Assembly: GCA_027923505.1 (NCBI GenBank)
Contig: BROI01000020.1
Location: 434,001 to 498,000 of the forward strand
Length of the DNA: 64,000 nucleotides
Source of the DNA: Mayamaea pseudoterrestris
Lineage: Eukaryota
Direction of reading: 5' to 3'
The position numbers and the translations under genes are program-made. This document shows, piece by piece, positions 33,909 through 44,984 of the stretch (position 1 is its first letter; each line of letters starts with the position of its first letter). The notes beneath the pieces are model-generated. The model worked only from the letters and a program-made list of their open reading frames with translations, made no database searches and was not told the DNA's origin.

Positions 33909-35294
33909 ATGCACCAATACTCTCCTATAGTTGAAAATGATGCAGAAGACGACTACATGAATGGCTCGCCGCTGCTGCAGCTAGCGCTATTGAGCCTTGT
34001 TCTTGTCCATTCCATGTCATGGTTTTTCGTCAACTCGCCGGCATCATCATCGCCAACGAAACAATCAGACGATACTTCTCCTTCTCCATTATTGACGCAT
34101 CATTCTACAGTTCCATTCATATTCATCACCAAACCCGATTGGCGCATACTTCACAAGCTGCTGGTCCAGCACGAGCGCGAGCAGCAACGCTTGCTGTCGC
34201 AATCGAGTCGTTCCTTGCAGGTCATGCTGCAGAGCCAAGCCGACTATTCATTGCCTCCCATTCTCTCACGTCGCACGATACAGCGCATGGACAAAATGGC
34301 AAGTCTCATGGAGCGTGACTTGGAGCTGCTGCAGTCCAAGATTTTAGTGGCGTTTCAATACACGCTGGCACTGCCGGCAGCAGTGGAGGAACTGGATGCG
34401 CATGATGATGCCAGCCAACGAAACGAACACAACTATCTACAAGACACTACTAGCAATCACCTTGGTTACTATACAAAGAGCACCAGTGCCGAAAATACCG
34501 TCTACGACGCGGGGACGCAAATCGTCGCCCACTTGGTGCGCGACTGGTCCAGCCACGGCCAAGTCATTCGCCGCAACCTCTATGACTGGTGCGTTGATCA
34601 ATTGCCGGTGCAACAAGGAAACGGCAATGACAATGACGGCAATATGAATAGCAGCAATACCAAGACGCCACTTTCGATATTGGTACCCGGCGCCGGGCTC
34701 GGGCGATTGGCCTACGAGCTGGCCAAGCGAGGGCACGTTGTGCACGCCGTGGAAATGTCGCTCGGCATGGCTGCGGCGGCATCTTGCATCTTTGGTAATG
34801 ACGCAACGAGCAATAACACATTGGAGCTGCATCCATACGTCATGGACGCCTTGACCAACGAAGTTGATTCCGAGCTGCGCTACGCTCCCGTAACAATTGA
34901 AAGGGCAGACTTGACGTTACTACCACGCGGCGCCTCGCTCTCGTACACCGTCTCGGATTTTTGCACGTTGCCCATGCCGCAGCAATCATACGATGTTGTC
35001 GTCACTTGCTTTTTCCTCGACACGGCCACCAACATGTACGACTATATACACAAAATATACAATGCGCTCGCTGTCAACGGCACCTGGATCAACGTTGGTC
35101 CTTTGCAGTGGCACGCCAATGCGCAAGTGTTGGTGAGTGCCAATGAACTACGAGAATTGATAATGAGCATGGGGTTTTACTTTGCGAGTTGGAGCATTGA
35201 CGAACAACCAATGGAGTATCGCAGCTGCCAAAAGATGCGATCGACGCACTACGACGCCTACCGTCCCGTTCGATTCGTGGCGATCAAGCAATAG
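33909..35294 (+). CDS. CARNMT1: Carnosine N-methyltransferase-like protein, duplicate copy
   Basis: Identical translation to 30723-32108. Confidence 0.85.
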   Translation: MHQYSPIVENDAEDDYMNGSPLLQLALLSLVLVHSMSWFFVNSPASSSPTKQSDDTSPSPLLTHHSTVPFIFITKPDWRILHKLLVQHEREQQRLLSQSSRSLQVMLQSQADYSLPPILSRRTIQRMDKMASLMERDLELLQSKILVAFQYTLALPAAVEELDAHDDASQRNEHNYLQDTTSNHLGYYTKSTSAENTVYDAGTQIVAHLVRDWSSHGQVIRRNLYDWCVDQLPVQQGNGNDNDGNMNSSNTKTPLSILVPGAGLGRLAYELAKRGHVVHAVEMSLGMAAAASCIFGNDATSNNTLELHPYVMDALTNEVDSELRYAPVTIERADLTLLPRGASLSYTVSDFCTLPMPQQSYDVVVTCFFLDTATNMYDYIHKIYNALAVNGTWINVGPLQWHANAQVLVSANELRELIMSMGFYFASWSIDEQPMEYRSCQKMRSTHYDAYRPVRFVAIKQ

Positions 35295-35379
35295 TGACAT
35301 GAGTCCATCAACATGCCAGCATTGCAAACAAGTTTGCTGTAACAGCTGTTAAATTTCACGATTACTATCTAAATTCAAG

Positions 35380-36136
35380 TCACTTTCGTCGTCGTGGTCG
35401 CTTCGGTGCAGGCTCCTCGGGAGAAGCAGGATCTGGCCCCATGCTTCGCGTTCGAGCACGCCTACCTGTTAAAGCATTCCAGCCTTGTGGTGAATGCCTG
35501 CGACCCCGATGCGGTTCTCCGCTGGCTTGAATCGCTTGCGCCGTTTCACCGAACGGATCCCTTTCGCCAATTTCTTGACCCGCTCCACCAGCTTGACCTC
35601 CTTGGTTTAATGCACCTGCTTGTGCCGCTCCGGCTCCTGGTGTAACTCCATCGGCCTGCTCCCTTTCAGCTCCTTCTTGATCCGTTCCGCTCGCTTGGCC
35701 CCTCTGGTCGAATGCACCTGCTTGCACCTCGTCACTTGCTCGCATCACTTGACCTGCGTTCGCCAACGCGTCGACGTTCCTGAATCCAGAAATCATTGTA
35801 CCGCGCTTCTAGACTTGCATTCGGCGGTGGCGCCAGCACAAGTGCATGCTGAAGGAACTCGTTGAATCGAGCCCGCAGGAAATGATTCTCCGGAAGCAGT
35901 TCATCTTGGTGGTTTCTCAGCAAATCTGTTGCTTCTTCGAACGTCCTCGCTCGTGCCATGGGATTCTGGACGGCTCGGAGGGAAACAATGCCATTCAATG
36001 CTTCAAAGCGCCCCCGGTTCAGTGTGTCAATGGCAACGTCAAGGTACGCACGCACAATCTCTACGACAAATTGCGAGGAAACGAGAGTGTGACTTTTAAT
36101 GTGTGGGTACAGACTAACCAGTAAGGTGCAAATCAA
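35380..36136 (-). pseudogene. Possible frameshifted gene of unknown function
   Basis: Two overlapping protein-like ORFs (36136-35732 and 35796-35380). The second has G/A/Q repeats and an NLS-like PKRPRRRK end. No clean ATG and no intron found. Confidence 0.3.
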
Positions 36137-37213
36137 TGCATCACGTACGTCTAGAAGCTTCTACCTCTCTTTTAGACACAGTCTTGAATCGTTGATTGAA
36201 TCGATGGCAAAAATTTTTAGAGACAATGAAGAGATGGGAAAAATGGCCGTTACATGAACGAACGATTATGACAAACCACCTCAAATGCCCACATCAATTC
36301 AATTCCGCTCGGCGAGCGTGATACGACGAGATGACGTACCAAGTTTGATGCCTTTTGGGTCTGGTCCGTACTATGCGATTCTTGATCCTCGTCATCATCC
36401 CCATCATCAGGAGCAGCAGCCGCCGCAAATGATGATCTCTTTTCGAAGCTGTGGGTGCTGTGAACATTCATTGAGCATTAAACTCAACCTGAAACGTCCC
36501 TTTCCGGACAAAAGTCTATCTACACAGAAAAGAATGACGGCGCGCTATAGCAGCCGAGATTGATGCATCGCGACCCGATTGAATGGATGATCATCGAAGT
36601 TCGCATTTCGTAGCGTACCGGCATTTTGTCCGATTTCAAATTTCCACTGCATCAATGGTTGATGTTCGTTTAGTGTGCTCCGGAAAGGCTATATTCTAAA
36701 GATCGACTAGTAAGGCACAATCATATACTCCAATTTTATTCAAGTACACCCGTAGTGGCCCAAAGTTGATATTTCGTGCGTCGCGCGCTCCCACACCATG
36801 CTCGACGCCCGGCTACGAAGCCCTCCGCCAGCCCATTCGTTTTCGCTTGTTTTCACTATTTAATCCAGCATTGACGATTTAGCATCCGCATCGTCGGTGG
36901 AATAGTATCGGATGGACCTTCTTTTTGCATCAGCTTGAGTAGCGACTCATTGAAGCAAGTAAGCTGCTCCACCCTGCCAGTCTCAAAAGCGATTGATCGC
37001 ATCAAAAGCAAATTTTTGGAGCTTTCATTAGCAAGCTGCTCGACAAGACCGGCCGCGAGACAAAGGATTCCACGTTCCGAAACAAAACGTCGTTCGCACA
37101 TTGTGGTCGCGTGCTATTCGCTACCGGTTGCATTACAGCGTCCACATGCTCTAGAGTCGCCAATCGGATCAGACAAAGCAACATAGCTACACGAGTAGAC
37201 ACAAAAAATGCAG

Positions 37214-40200
37214 TCATCCGTTACATCCGCTTGTTGACTGGCGCTGTGAACGTCGGCTCTTCCAGCTGCACGAAGACAACTGGCTATCGTTGCTGTCACG
37301 ACGTCCTTCATTGCTAGTCCTTCGAGAAGTACTGCCATTGCTAGACCGTCGATTCTGGCTACCATTACTTGATCGGCGCTGGCTTTCATTGCTGTCGCGA
37401 CGTTTCTCGCCCTGACTGATTCGCCGACCGAAGAGTCTGTTCGCCTTTATAACCATTTCTCGAACTACCTCTTCACCCCTTGCTTCCCATTCTTTGCGGT
37501 TCCTTTGCGCATAATTTAAATACTCGTCACTGGAAACACCAAATACGCCACAATCCTTTAACTTTTTGGCGAGTGGTATGATATAGAAATCAAAGAAACC
37601 CAATTCACCCTTGTACCATGACAAGGAAGGGTCGTCGCCAGCTGATCTGCCATCCTTCCAGGCGCGATAGCATTCCAAAAAGTTTTGTTCGTTCCATTTG
37701 CGGTAAATGTGCCAGTGCTGCATCGTATGGGAGACGTCTGAAGCTTGAATCAAGTGCTCAATGACAATCGTTGCCTTCCGATCAACGGCGTCTTTCAACT
37801 TTTCGTGCGCATCAGCCTCAGAGAACGCGTTTTCCCATCTTTTATTGCGGAGTGTCTTTAATTCCTTGTCGACTATGTCTGTTGCCATTACTCCATTGAC
37901 GACAAGCTGTCGGAAGCGTTTAAAGGAAGTTTCGCTTGTGTATATACATTCCCTGAGCTGTTGATATTCTTGCTCCATCAATAAATTCCACGCCAAGTTG
38001 ACGGAATTCTGTTCGGCCACGCTCTTACCCTGGTATATGAGTGCTATTTCCTTTTCTTCTTTGATAAGTTGGGCATTAGTGACACCGCTATGGTCGACGT
38101 CATGGATGAGTGCACAGAAAACGCATGCAAATTGGGTGAGCGGGTCGCTCGTTATGCCATACGTATGGTCATGCAAAGTCTTGCCCGTTTTATTGAGCGA
38201 TTCAACGGCATCAAGGTCCGATGGGGCTACAATGCGAGAAAGCAGCTTCGTCACTGACATGGTGACGTGTGACGCATGCTCAAAATTGTGGAATGGATTG
38301 TTGTGATACATGTTGGCGATCTTTGAGACGTAGGCATGCAATTGTTTGATCACGACTTCATCTATTTCAACGGATTCGGGCGGTATCTGCTTTGCAATGC
38401 TCTTGTAGTCGAAATTAGGCAGAGCAATAATTTCCTTTACCTCGTCGATAACTGGTGCCATTGGATGCGTAAACTCGCTTTCGTTGGCGATTCCAATTTG
38501 AACTCCGTCATCGTGGACGGGTGATGCCGGATGAGAATTGATTTGCTGGAGGGCCATTCGCCTTGCAACAATAGACTTGATAAGACGAAGAAGAACGTCA
38601 GTATTCCACTCAATCAGGCTCGCTATTTTGTTGTCGACTCTGTCGTTGAACTGAATCTCGGGAATGTCTGCTGAGCATTCTACGTCACCATTGACTGCCA
38701 TTTCTCGTTGCGTCGTCAGCCAATATGTCTGCATTTCGCCCTTTCCCTTTGCAATGACTTTGTCGTCCCTTGCAATTAGCCAATGGCCTGGCGAAAAGCC
38801 GGTTTTTATGAGTTGAAGCAGAAATTTTGTCACGTACGGTATGCATCGGTCAGGGCGTTGCCTTACCTTTTCCAGCAGCGGTTAAAAGCGTTGCAGTGTC
38901 AAGTGACACCTGAATTCTTCCCTTTATCCCAGTACTCTCTGTCCGTGACGCGGTGTTCTGCAACATAATGAGATGAGTAATCGAGCTACCGCAATTATGT
39001 CGAGTGCAAGAGAAACAAAGCTTCGCCCACCCATTGCACGTACCATTGTATCACCAAAGAGCTGCAGCCAAACGCCAAAACGAGCAAGGCGAGTGAACGT
39101 TGACCACATTAGGCAAGTATCGAGAAAATAAAGCTTGCACTTGACTTACCTGAAAACGTGACCGTTCTCCTCGCAGGACACCCGCAATGACTGGACCAGA
39201 GTGAATTCCAATGCGCATGTCTAACTCGCCAGTATCAGGACCCAATGCTTTCTCAAGTTTCTTGGTTAAACTCTTCATTTGTAGCATGCAATCACGAGCG
39301 AAGCGGCACATGATGGTCGCATGATCTTTTTGCGGTTCGGGAACTCCAGTAACGGCGACATAGCAGTCCCCCACCGTTTCCACCTTGAACACCTTCCGCT
39401 TTTTCGCAATCTCATCAAAGGCACGATACACAGTCTCCAACAAGGTGAAGACTTGGGCTATTGAGCCAAGAGCAAACGAAACAAAGTGAGCATGCGTGAC
39501 ATTTTTGTCGTGGCTCCATTATATTCACAACAAGCGCAGTTGAAACTTACTTGGCTCGCGGACGCTAGCCCATGCAGTGAACCCAGCAATATCAGCAAAG
39601 AGGACAGTCGACTCGGTAAAGAGATCAGCGATAGGCTTTCCTTTGTAACCTATATCGCCATCGGCTTCCTCAACTTCCATGTCAGACAATCCCTCGAACA
39701 GAAACGTCTTGAGACTTAGCTTTGGTGTTTGCATCACGCTCGAAATCGCTGTATTCGTCACTTTGCTACCCATGTCCAAAACACTTCCAAGCATGCTGCC
39801 GCGCTTACCAATGGAGAGTTTGGGCAACAATCCATTAGAATTATTTCGACTCGCATCTTGCAGTTCTACAAGTTCGTCTTGGTGCTCATTTGCATGATTC
39901 GTATGTTCCAACGCATGCTCGTCGTCGTCGTCGCTTCGATGAAACAACCGCGCCTGCACATTGGTTGGAAACATGCTGGAGAGGATCGCATTGGACCGAG
40001 CCGCCGCGTTGACGACGACCCGGTTTCGCCGCGCCACGAAACTATCATAGGCGGCAAACCCAACGAGCAAGCCAAAGAACAGCAAGGCCGTCAAGACGGT
40101 GGCAATCACTTGCGCGTGATGATCTTGGACAGTTTGTTGTTGCTGCAAGGTATCGTACAGCCTGCGTGAGGCGTAAAATGTGACGGTATAGGCGCAGTTG

Positions 40201-41586
40201 TCATTTTTCAGCAACGGTACCGACAAAGCCGTCTCGTCAAAGGCCGCGTCATGCAAATCGCCAGTACCCAGCAGCGTCGGAGCCCTATTGTCATTTTTGT
40301 TCCATTGGTACGTGAACGACTGCTTCTGGCTGTTACTCACAACCGCTAGTAAACCTGCGTGTTGCATCGTCGGCAGCAAATCCTGCAGCAAGGCTTGCAG
40401 TGGCACTAAATGCTGCAACATTCCAACCACAGTTTGGTCATTATCCAATATTGGTTCCACTAGATACGTGTAGAGAGCGTTAGTGTGTTTGGAAGCAACG
40501 TCGGCCAGTGTGTTGGCCAAATAGCCAGACTTGTCGTCGTTCAGTAGTTCCAGCAACGTTGCAGCTTGCGTCATGACGGCACGTTTGCTCTTAATGACGG
40601 CTTGCACCACATGTTGCGTTGAGTTGCTGTCCATGGATATTATTTGATTATAATTCACAATGTAGCTCGTTTTCGTAGGCGGACTGGTCTGCCACAGCGG
40701 CAAGAAAGGCGCATCGCTGTAGGTGCGCGTCCGCAGCGGCGGCGTCGCGGATTCGTCGAGCGCGTAAACGTAGGGAAAAATGGCGTCCATATTGTTCATG
40801 TCAATGTCTGCTGTCGTTGATTGCTGCTGCTGTTGCCATAGCTTGTCTTGGTTTCGCACGCTGTAGAGCTCCCAGTCTCGTCGATTGTCTTGCGAAACGA
40901 GTGGACTGTAGATTGTTGCGACAATGGCGGTCAACAGTCGCGCCTGCTGCACCAGTGGCTCCAGAAGTGGAATTACCACAAACGGAAAGGTTTGGTTGGA
41001 TGCCGTTGCCAACCTGGTGACGCTGGCGCTCATGGTGCGCGACACGGTTTGCAGTGTTTGAGCGTTCCGCGCGACGGAGCTGCTTGCGGCGTCAACGAGC
41101 GGCCAGTACTGTAAGCAATGCAAACAATGAATGAGTATATAATTCAGTGGCGACTCCCTTTGATTCTCAACATTGTCTTTTTATACATACCATTGCTTGC
41201 AGCTGCTGCTGATTCAGCAAATACTCAATGCCGTACCAAATGCCGCACGACGCCAACGTTCCAATCACCACCAAGCTCGTCAACACGAACAGACGCACGT
41301 GGCGAATGCGTCTGGTGGCACGCTTGGCCATGCTTCGTATTTCGTTGGGACGCTCTTGCTGTTCTGCTGCTGGTGATGTGAGTGGCATGGAGTTTACATT
41401 GTTGCTGCTGCATTGTGGTGGTGGCAACTGCTGTTGTTGCTGCTCCGTCAGCAAGTGAGACTCGGAGTGATCCATGTACGACGTCGAGTCCTCGTAGTGC
41501 AGGGGCTGCTGCTGCATGTGAGACTCATTTGTCCATTCGTTCGTCGACTCGCTCATTGGCGTTTCGTGATTGCTGATCGTTGGCAT
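37214..41586 (-). CDS. Membrane-bound class III nucleotide (guanylate/adenylate) cyclase fused to a class I phosphodiesterase, 6 exons, about 1314 aa
   Basis: Exons 41586-41191, 41108-39551, 39457-39150, 39061-39044, 38957-38867 and 38787-37214 sum to 3945 nt in frame. Order: TM, CHASE-like region, TM, cyclase (FADIAGFT, KVETVGDCY, RFQLFGDTMNTASR, KGKGEMQTYW), PDE (HNFEHASH, HDVDH, ATD, QASDVSH). Confidence 0.92.
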
Positions 41587-42029
41587 GTTGCTTGTCAGTG
41601 CTGTCAGTGCTGTCTGTCGTGTCTGTCGCTTGAAAGGCAGAGATAAAATTCTATAAACGTTTTAGCTCCCCTCCTCTCGCCTTGATGATAATACACAACC
41701 CCCGCTCTGAGCTTGCTTGTTTATGCAATGAAACCGCACGATCAACTTGGTCAGTCTTCAGTTTGGAAAAAATGGAAGTGGTGGAAGGAACGAAGCAATG
41801 ATTGTGACTGTGACATTTTTTGGCGCGCCGGGTCATTGAGAGGCAATTGCTATAATTTCTTTTCAGTCGCGCAAAACAGAGTTTGACTTGTCACAATGAC
41901 CGCAAAACCAGCTATATAGTGAATGCCTATCAATGGCGGGGCTCCCGAAGTTGAAGTGTCCATCCCAACATGTTGTAGTCATCGAACGAGAATATATACA
42001 AACACAAACACAATATATTAGCATTCTAT

Positions 42030-43186
42030 TTAAAACAAGTTATCAAAGGCTCGCTTGCCCATTTCCACGCCCAGAAAGAGAGCGGCATTCGCCGGGAATG
42101 CTCGAATGACGGTGGGCATCAAGCCGCTGTATAGACCGGAAATGCCTCGAACGCGCGCTATGGAAACTAGTTCCGGCAAGTAGCTGCCAATGACCTGAAT
42201 GAATATGGAAGAGATGGATGAGATGGAGTATCACAACCACCACCCCTGCTGCATTGCTCAACCGCCACACGACTATCATATACTCGACTCACCTTGGTAT
42301 CGTAACGCGATTGAACATTCGTCTTTGGAACATCCAGCGGCATGGCGACGCACCAACCAAAGACCCCGGCGAGTCCTCCACTCACGAAAAAGTTGAGCTC
42401 CTCCGGCATGCTGGGAGCGTACGTGCGAAACATGTAGCAGCTCAGTTCGTAGCTGCCAAAGAAAACGGCGTAAAAGGCGGAATCGCGCGCCAGTTGCGCG
42501 TCGAGTCCAACGAACAGACTGCGCATGCCGCGACTGGCGTACATTTTGTTCCATGTTTGACGCGCCGTGACGGAATCGCCGACGACCACTTGGAGTTTGG
42601 CCTTGAGTACTTCACTCGGCAGTAGCACCAACGCGCTGCAGCATCCCGTCAGTGCGCCCATGCAAAATGGCTTGGCCATACTTGGTGGTCCACTAGCTGC
42701 TGATGCGTCTAAATCATTCGGAAAGGCCCGCTTGAGCGCCTCGTTGACGCCAAAGGCCATGCAGTTTTCGGCCGCCATGCCGAGCGCGGTGGGAACGGCA
42801 CCCTTCCAAAATGCCAAAACTCCTTCCTGTTTGAAAATGGAGGATATTGATGGAACCACGCTCGGATACAGCAACGGGTTGGTTTGCATGCGCACCTTGA
42901 TGGTGTCGAGTGGTTGGCCTTGATATGAAGGGAAGGCAAAGACAGAGTGAGAGAATGGAGGATGACGAAATGAATGAGTAATGAGTGAAGGACAGGGAGA
43001 TTGAAGTACACTTTCGACTGGTTCATCAAATTATCTCCAATTTCCTATACAACTTGCTGTCACGTCACTTCACTTTTCGTCGTTACCTGTGTAGCAGCAG
43101 CAAACGCTGCCAATGGTGGCCGAAAACAAGTCGCGCGCTACGGCTCGTGGGGAAGCCACGGACTCATTGGTTATAGCGTCGGACAT
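42030..43186 (-). CDS. Mitochondrial carrier (SLC25; carnitine/ornithine-carrier-like), 3 exons, 296 aa
   Basis: Exons 43186-43087, 42918-42293 and 42194-42030. Three Px[DE]xx[KR] signatures (PLDTIK, PSEVLK, PLDVPK) and RAFPANAALF. Confidence 0.9.
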
Positions 43187-43505
43187 TATAAAATATAAGT
43201 CTATTTCGTTACTGCTGCAAACAATGAGAGTCAAATGCAGCTCACAGTATGGACCAAGCCGACGAACAAGAAATACAGTGGATGAACGGATGAACGACGA
43301 AGGAAGTTCCTGCGTTTTCGTCGTCAGAACCGTTCCGACACGCTGAAGATGACGTCACAAGAAACGCTGCGACACTCGATTCGCTCATTCATGTGCGACC
43401 ATGGCGAGCTATTTTTTGGCGTTTTTGGCTTTCCTCGTACAATCCAAGGATTACCTACATATCACAAACTTGAATAAATTGTAGCTTGACATCAATCTCA
43501 TTATT

Positions 43506-44810
43506 ATGCTCATTCGCTTGGCTGCAGCTGGACTCCTGGCCGTGCCGGCCTTGCTGCTCCACGTTGCCATGATACCACTGCAAATGCTGCTGTCGCTGCC
43601 ATCGGTTTGGTTGCTGCTGTGGGGCGACGAATATGTAAAGGCTGTCGCAAAAGCTAATAAACAAGAAAAGCATGATAACAGCAAGACCAGCAAGACTCGC
43701 AAAAGACGCAGACACGTGATTGTCACGGGCGGCAGCAGTGGGATTGGTCGCGCCGTTTGCCTGGCGGCGGCGCGCCACGGAGATCGCGTGAGCATGTTGG
43801 CGCGCAACGAGCAGCGACTCCAGCAAGCCAAGCGATACATTGAAGCAACGATTCGTAGTGAGCGTGGGAACAAGAATAATGACAAGAATGATAGTACTGC
43901 GACTGTCGACGTTTCAACATTTTCCGTCGACGTGACGGACTATTCCGCCCTCGAAGCGGTGGCCCAGCAGCTCTTTCAACACGACGACAACGTTTCATCC
44001 ATTCATGTGTTTCTATGCGCCGGTCAGGCCGAGCCAAACCACTTTTTGGCGCTGGAACCGCAAGCCTTTGCGCGTCAAATGCAGTTGAATTTACTGGGCA
44101 GCACGTTGACGGCGCGCGCCTTTTTGCCGCACTTGATTGAAACGAAAACAAGTAATAGCGACAAGACGACGAAGGTTACATCAGCTACATCAAGTACTCC
44201 AAATAAATCACATATTCAATCACCATGCACACTGACATTTTGCAGCAGCATGGCCGGACAGATTGGCGTCTTTGGCTACGGCGCCTACAGCCCCTGCAAG
44301 TTTGCGCTGCGGGGCTTGGCCGACGTTTTAAGCATGGAATGCTACAATCAAGCAGTCCATTTTCAAGTCGCCTACCCGCCCGATACAGACACGCCTGGCT
44401 ACAAGCAAGAGAATGTGACAAAGCCGCATGAAACGATATTGGTGAGTGGCGGCGTCGAAAAGACGAGCAATGCCGCGGATCCACTAGTGATTGGCACCAG
44501 CATGTATCAGGCTGCCGTTGCGAAGAAACCCCGTTCACACGTTTATTTCGATTTCGACGGTTTTCTTCTCACCACACTCTGTGCCGGCTTTGGAACAGTT
44601 TCGACGCTCTGGGACGGACTGGCGCAAGTCTGCGGCATGCAGCTGACGCGGTGGATCGCATTGCTGTATGTCAACGACTGGAAGCGGCTGCTGCAGAACT
44701 ATCGAAACAAGCAAGTGCAAGTGCAGGCGACAACTACTAATAAAGACGTTGGTGGCAAGGAGGAGGAGGAGTCGGCCAAGGTTGGCAAGACGGATGACAA
44801 GACGGATTAA
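43506..44810 (+). CDS. KDSR: 3-ketodihydrosphingosine reductase (SDR family)
   Basis: N-terminal TM, TGGSSGIG, YGAYSPCKFALRGLAD and YPPDTDTPGY motifs typical of KDSR/TSC10. Confidence 0.88.
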   Translation: MLIRLAAAGLLAVPALLLHVAMIPLQMLLSLPSVWLLLWGDEYVKAVAKANKQEKHDNSKTSKTRKRRRHVIVTGGSSGIGRAVCLAAARHGDRVSMLARNEQRLQQAKRYIEATIRSERGNKNNDKNDSTATVDVSTFSVDVTDYSALEAVAQQLFQHDDNVSSIHVFLCAGQAEPNHFLALEPQAFARQMQLNLLGSTLTARAFLPHLIETKTSNSDKTTKVTSATSSTPNKSHIQSPCTLTFCSSMAGQIGVFGYGAYSPCKFALRGLADVLSMECYNQAVHFQVAYPPDTDTPGYKQENVTKPHETILVSGGVEKTSNAADPLVIGTSMYQAAVAKKPRSHVYFDFDGFLLTTLCAGFGTVSTLWDGLAQVCGMQLTRWIALLYVNDWKRLLQNYRNKQVQVQATTTNKDVGGKEEEESAKVGKTDDKTD

Positions 44811-44984
44811 GATAGTTGAATCTGAATCTCGCTTGCGTGACATTTCGGCATCGCTTGCTATCCAGACAGGCTCCATGATACAAACAGCATACCGAAAATA
44901 AACAGTAAAGTAGTAAACATTTACTACCTCAAATATATGTTACGAGCCATGTATAAAGACACACATACATTCAAAAGCCAACTA

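Larger units (their letters stand above)
32159..35346 (+). repeat. Tandem segmental duplication 2, copy B
   Basis: Matches 28973-32160 with identical ORF translations. Carries two of the 184-bp units. Confidence 0.97.
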
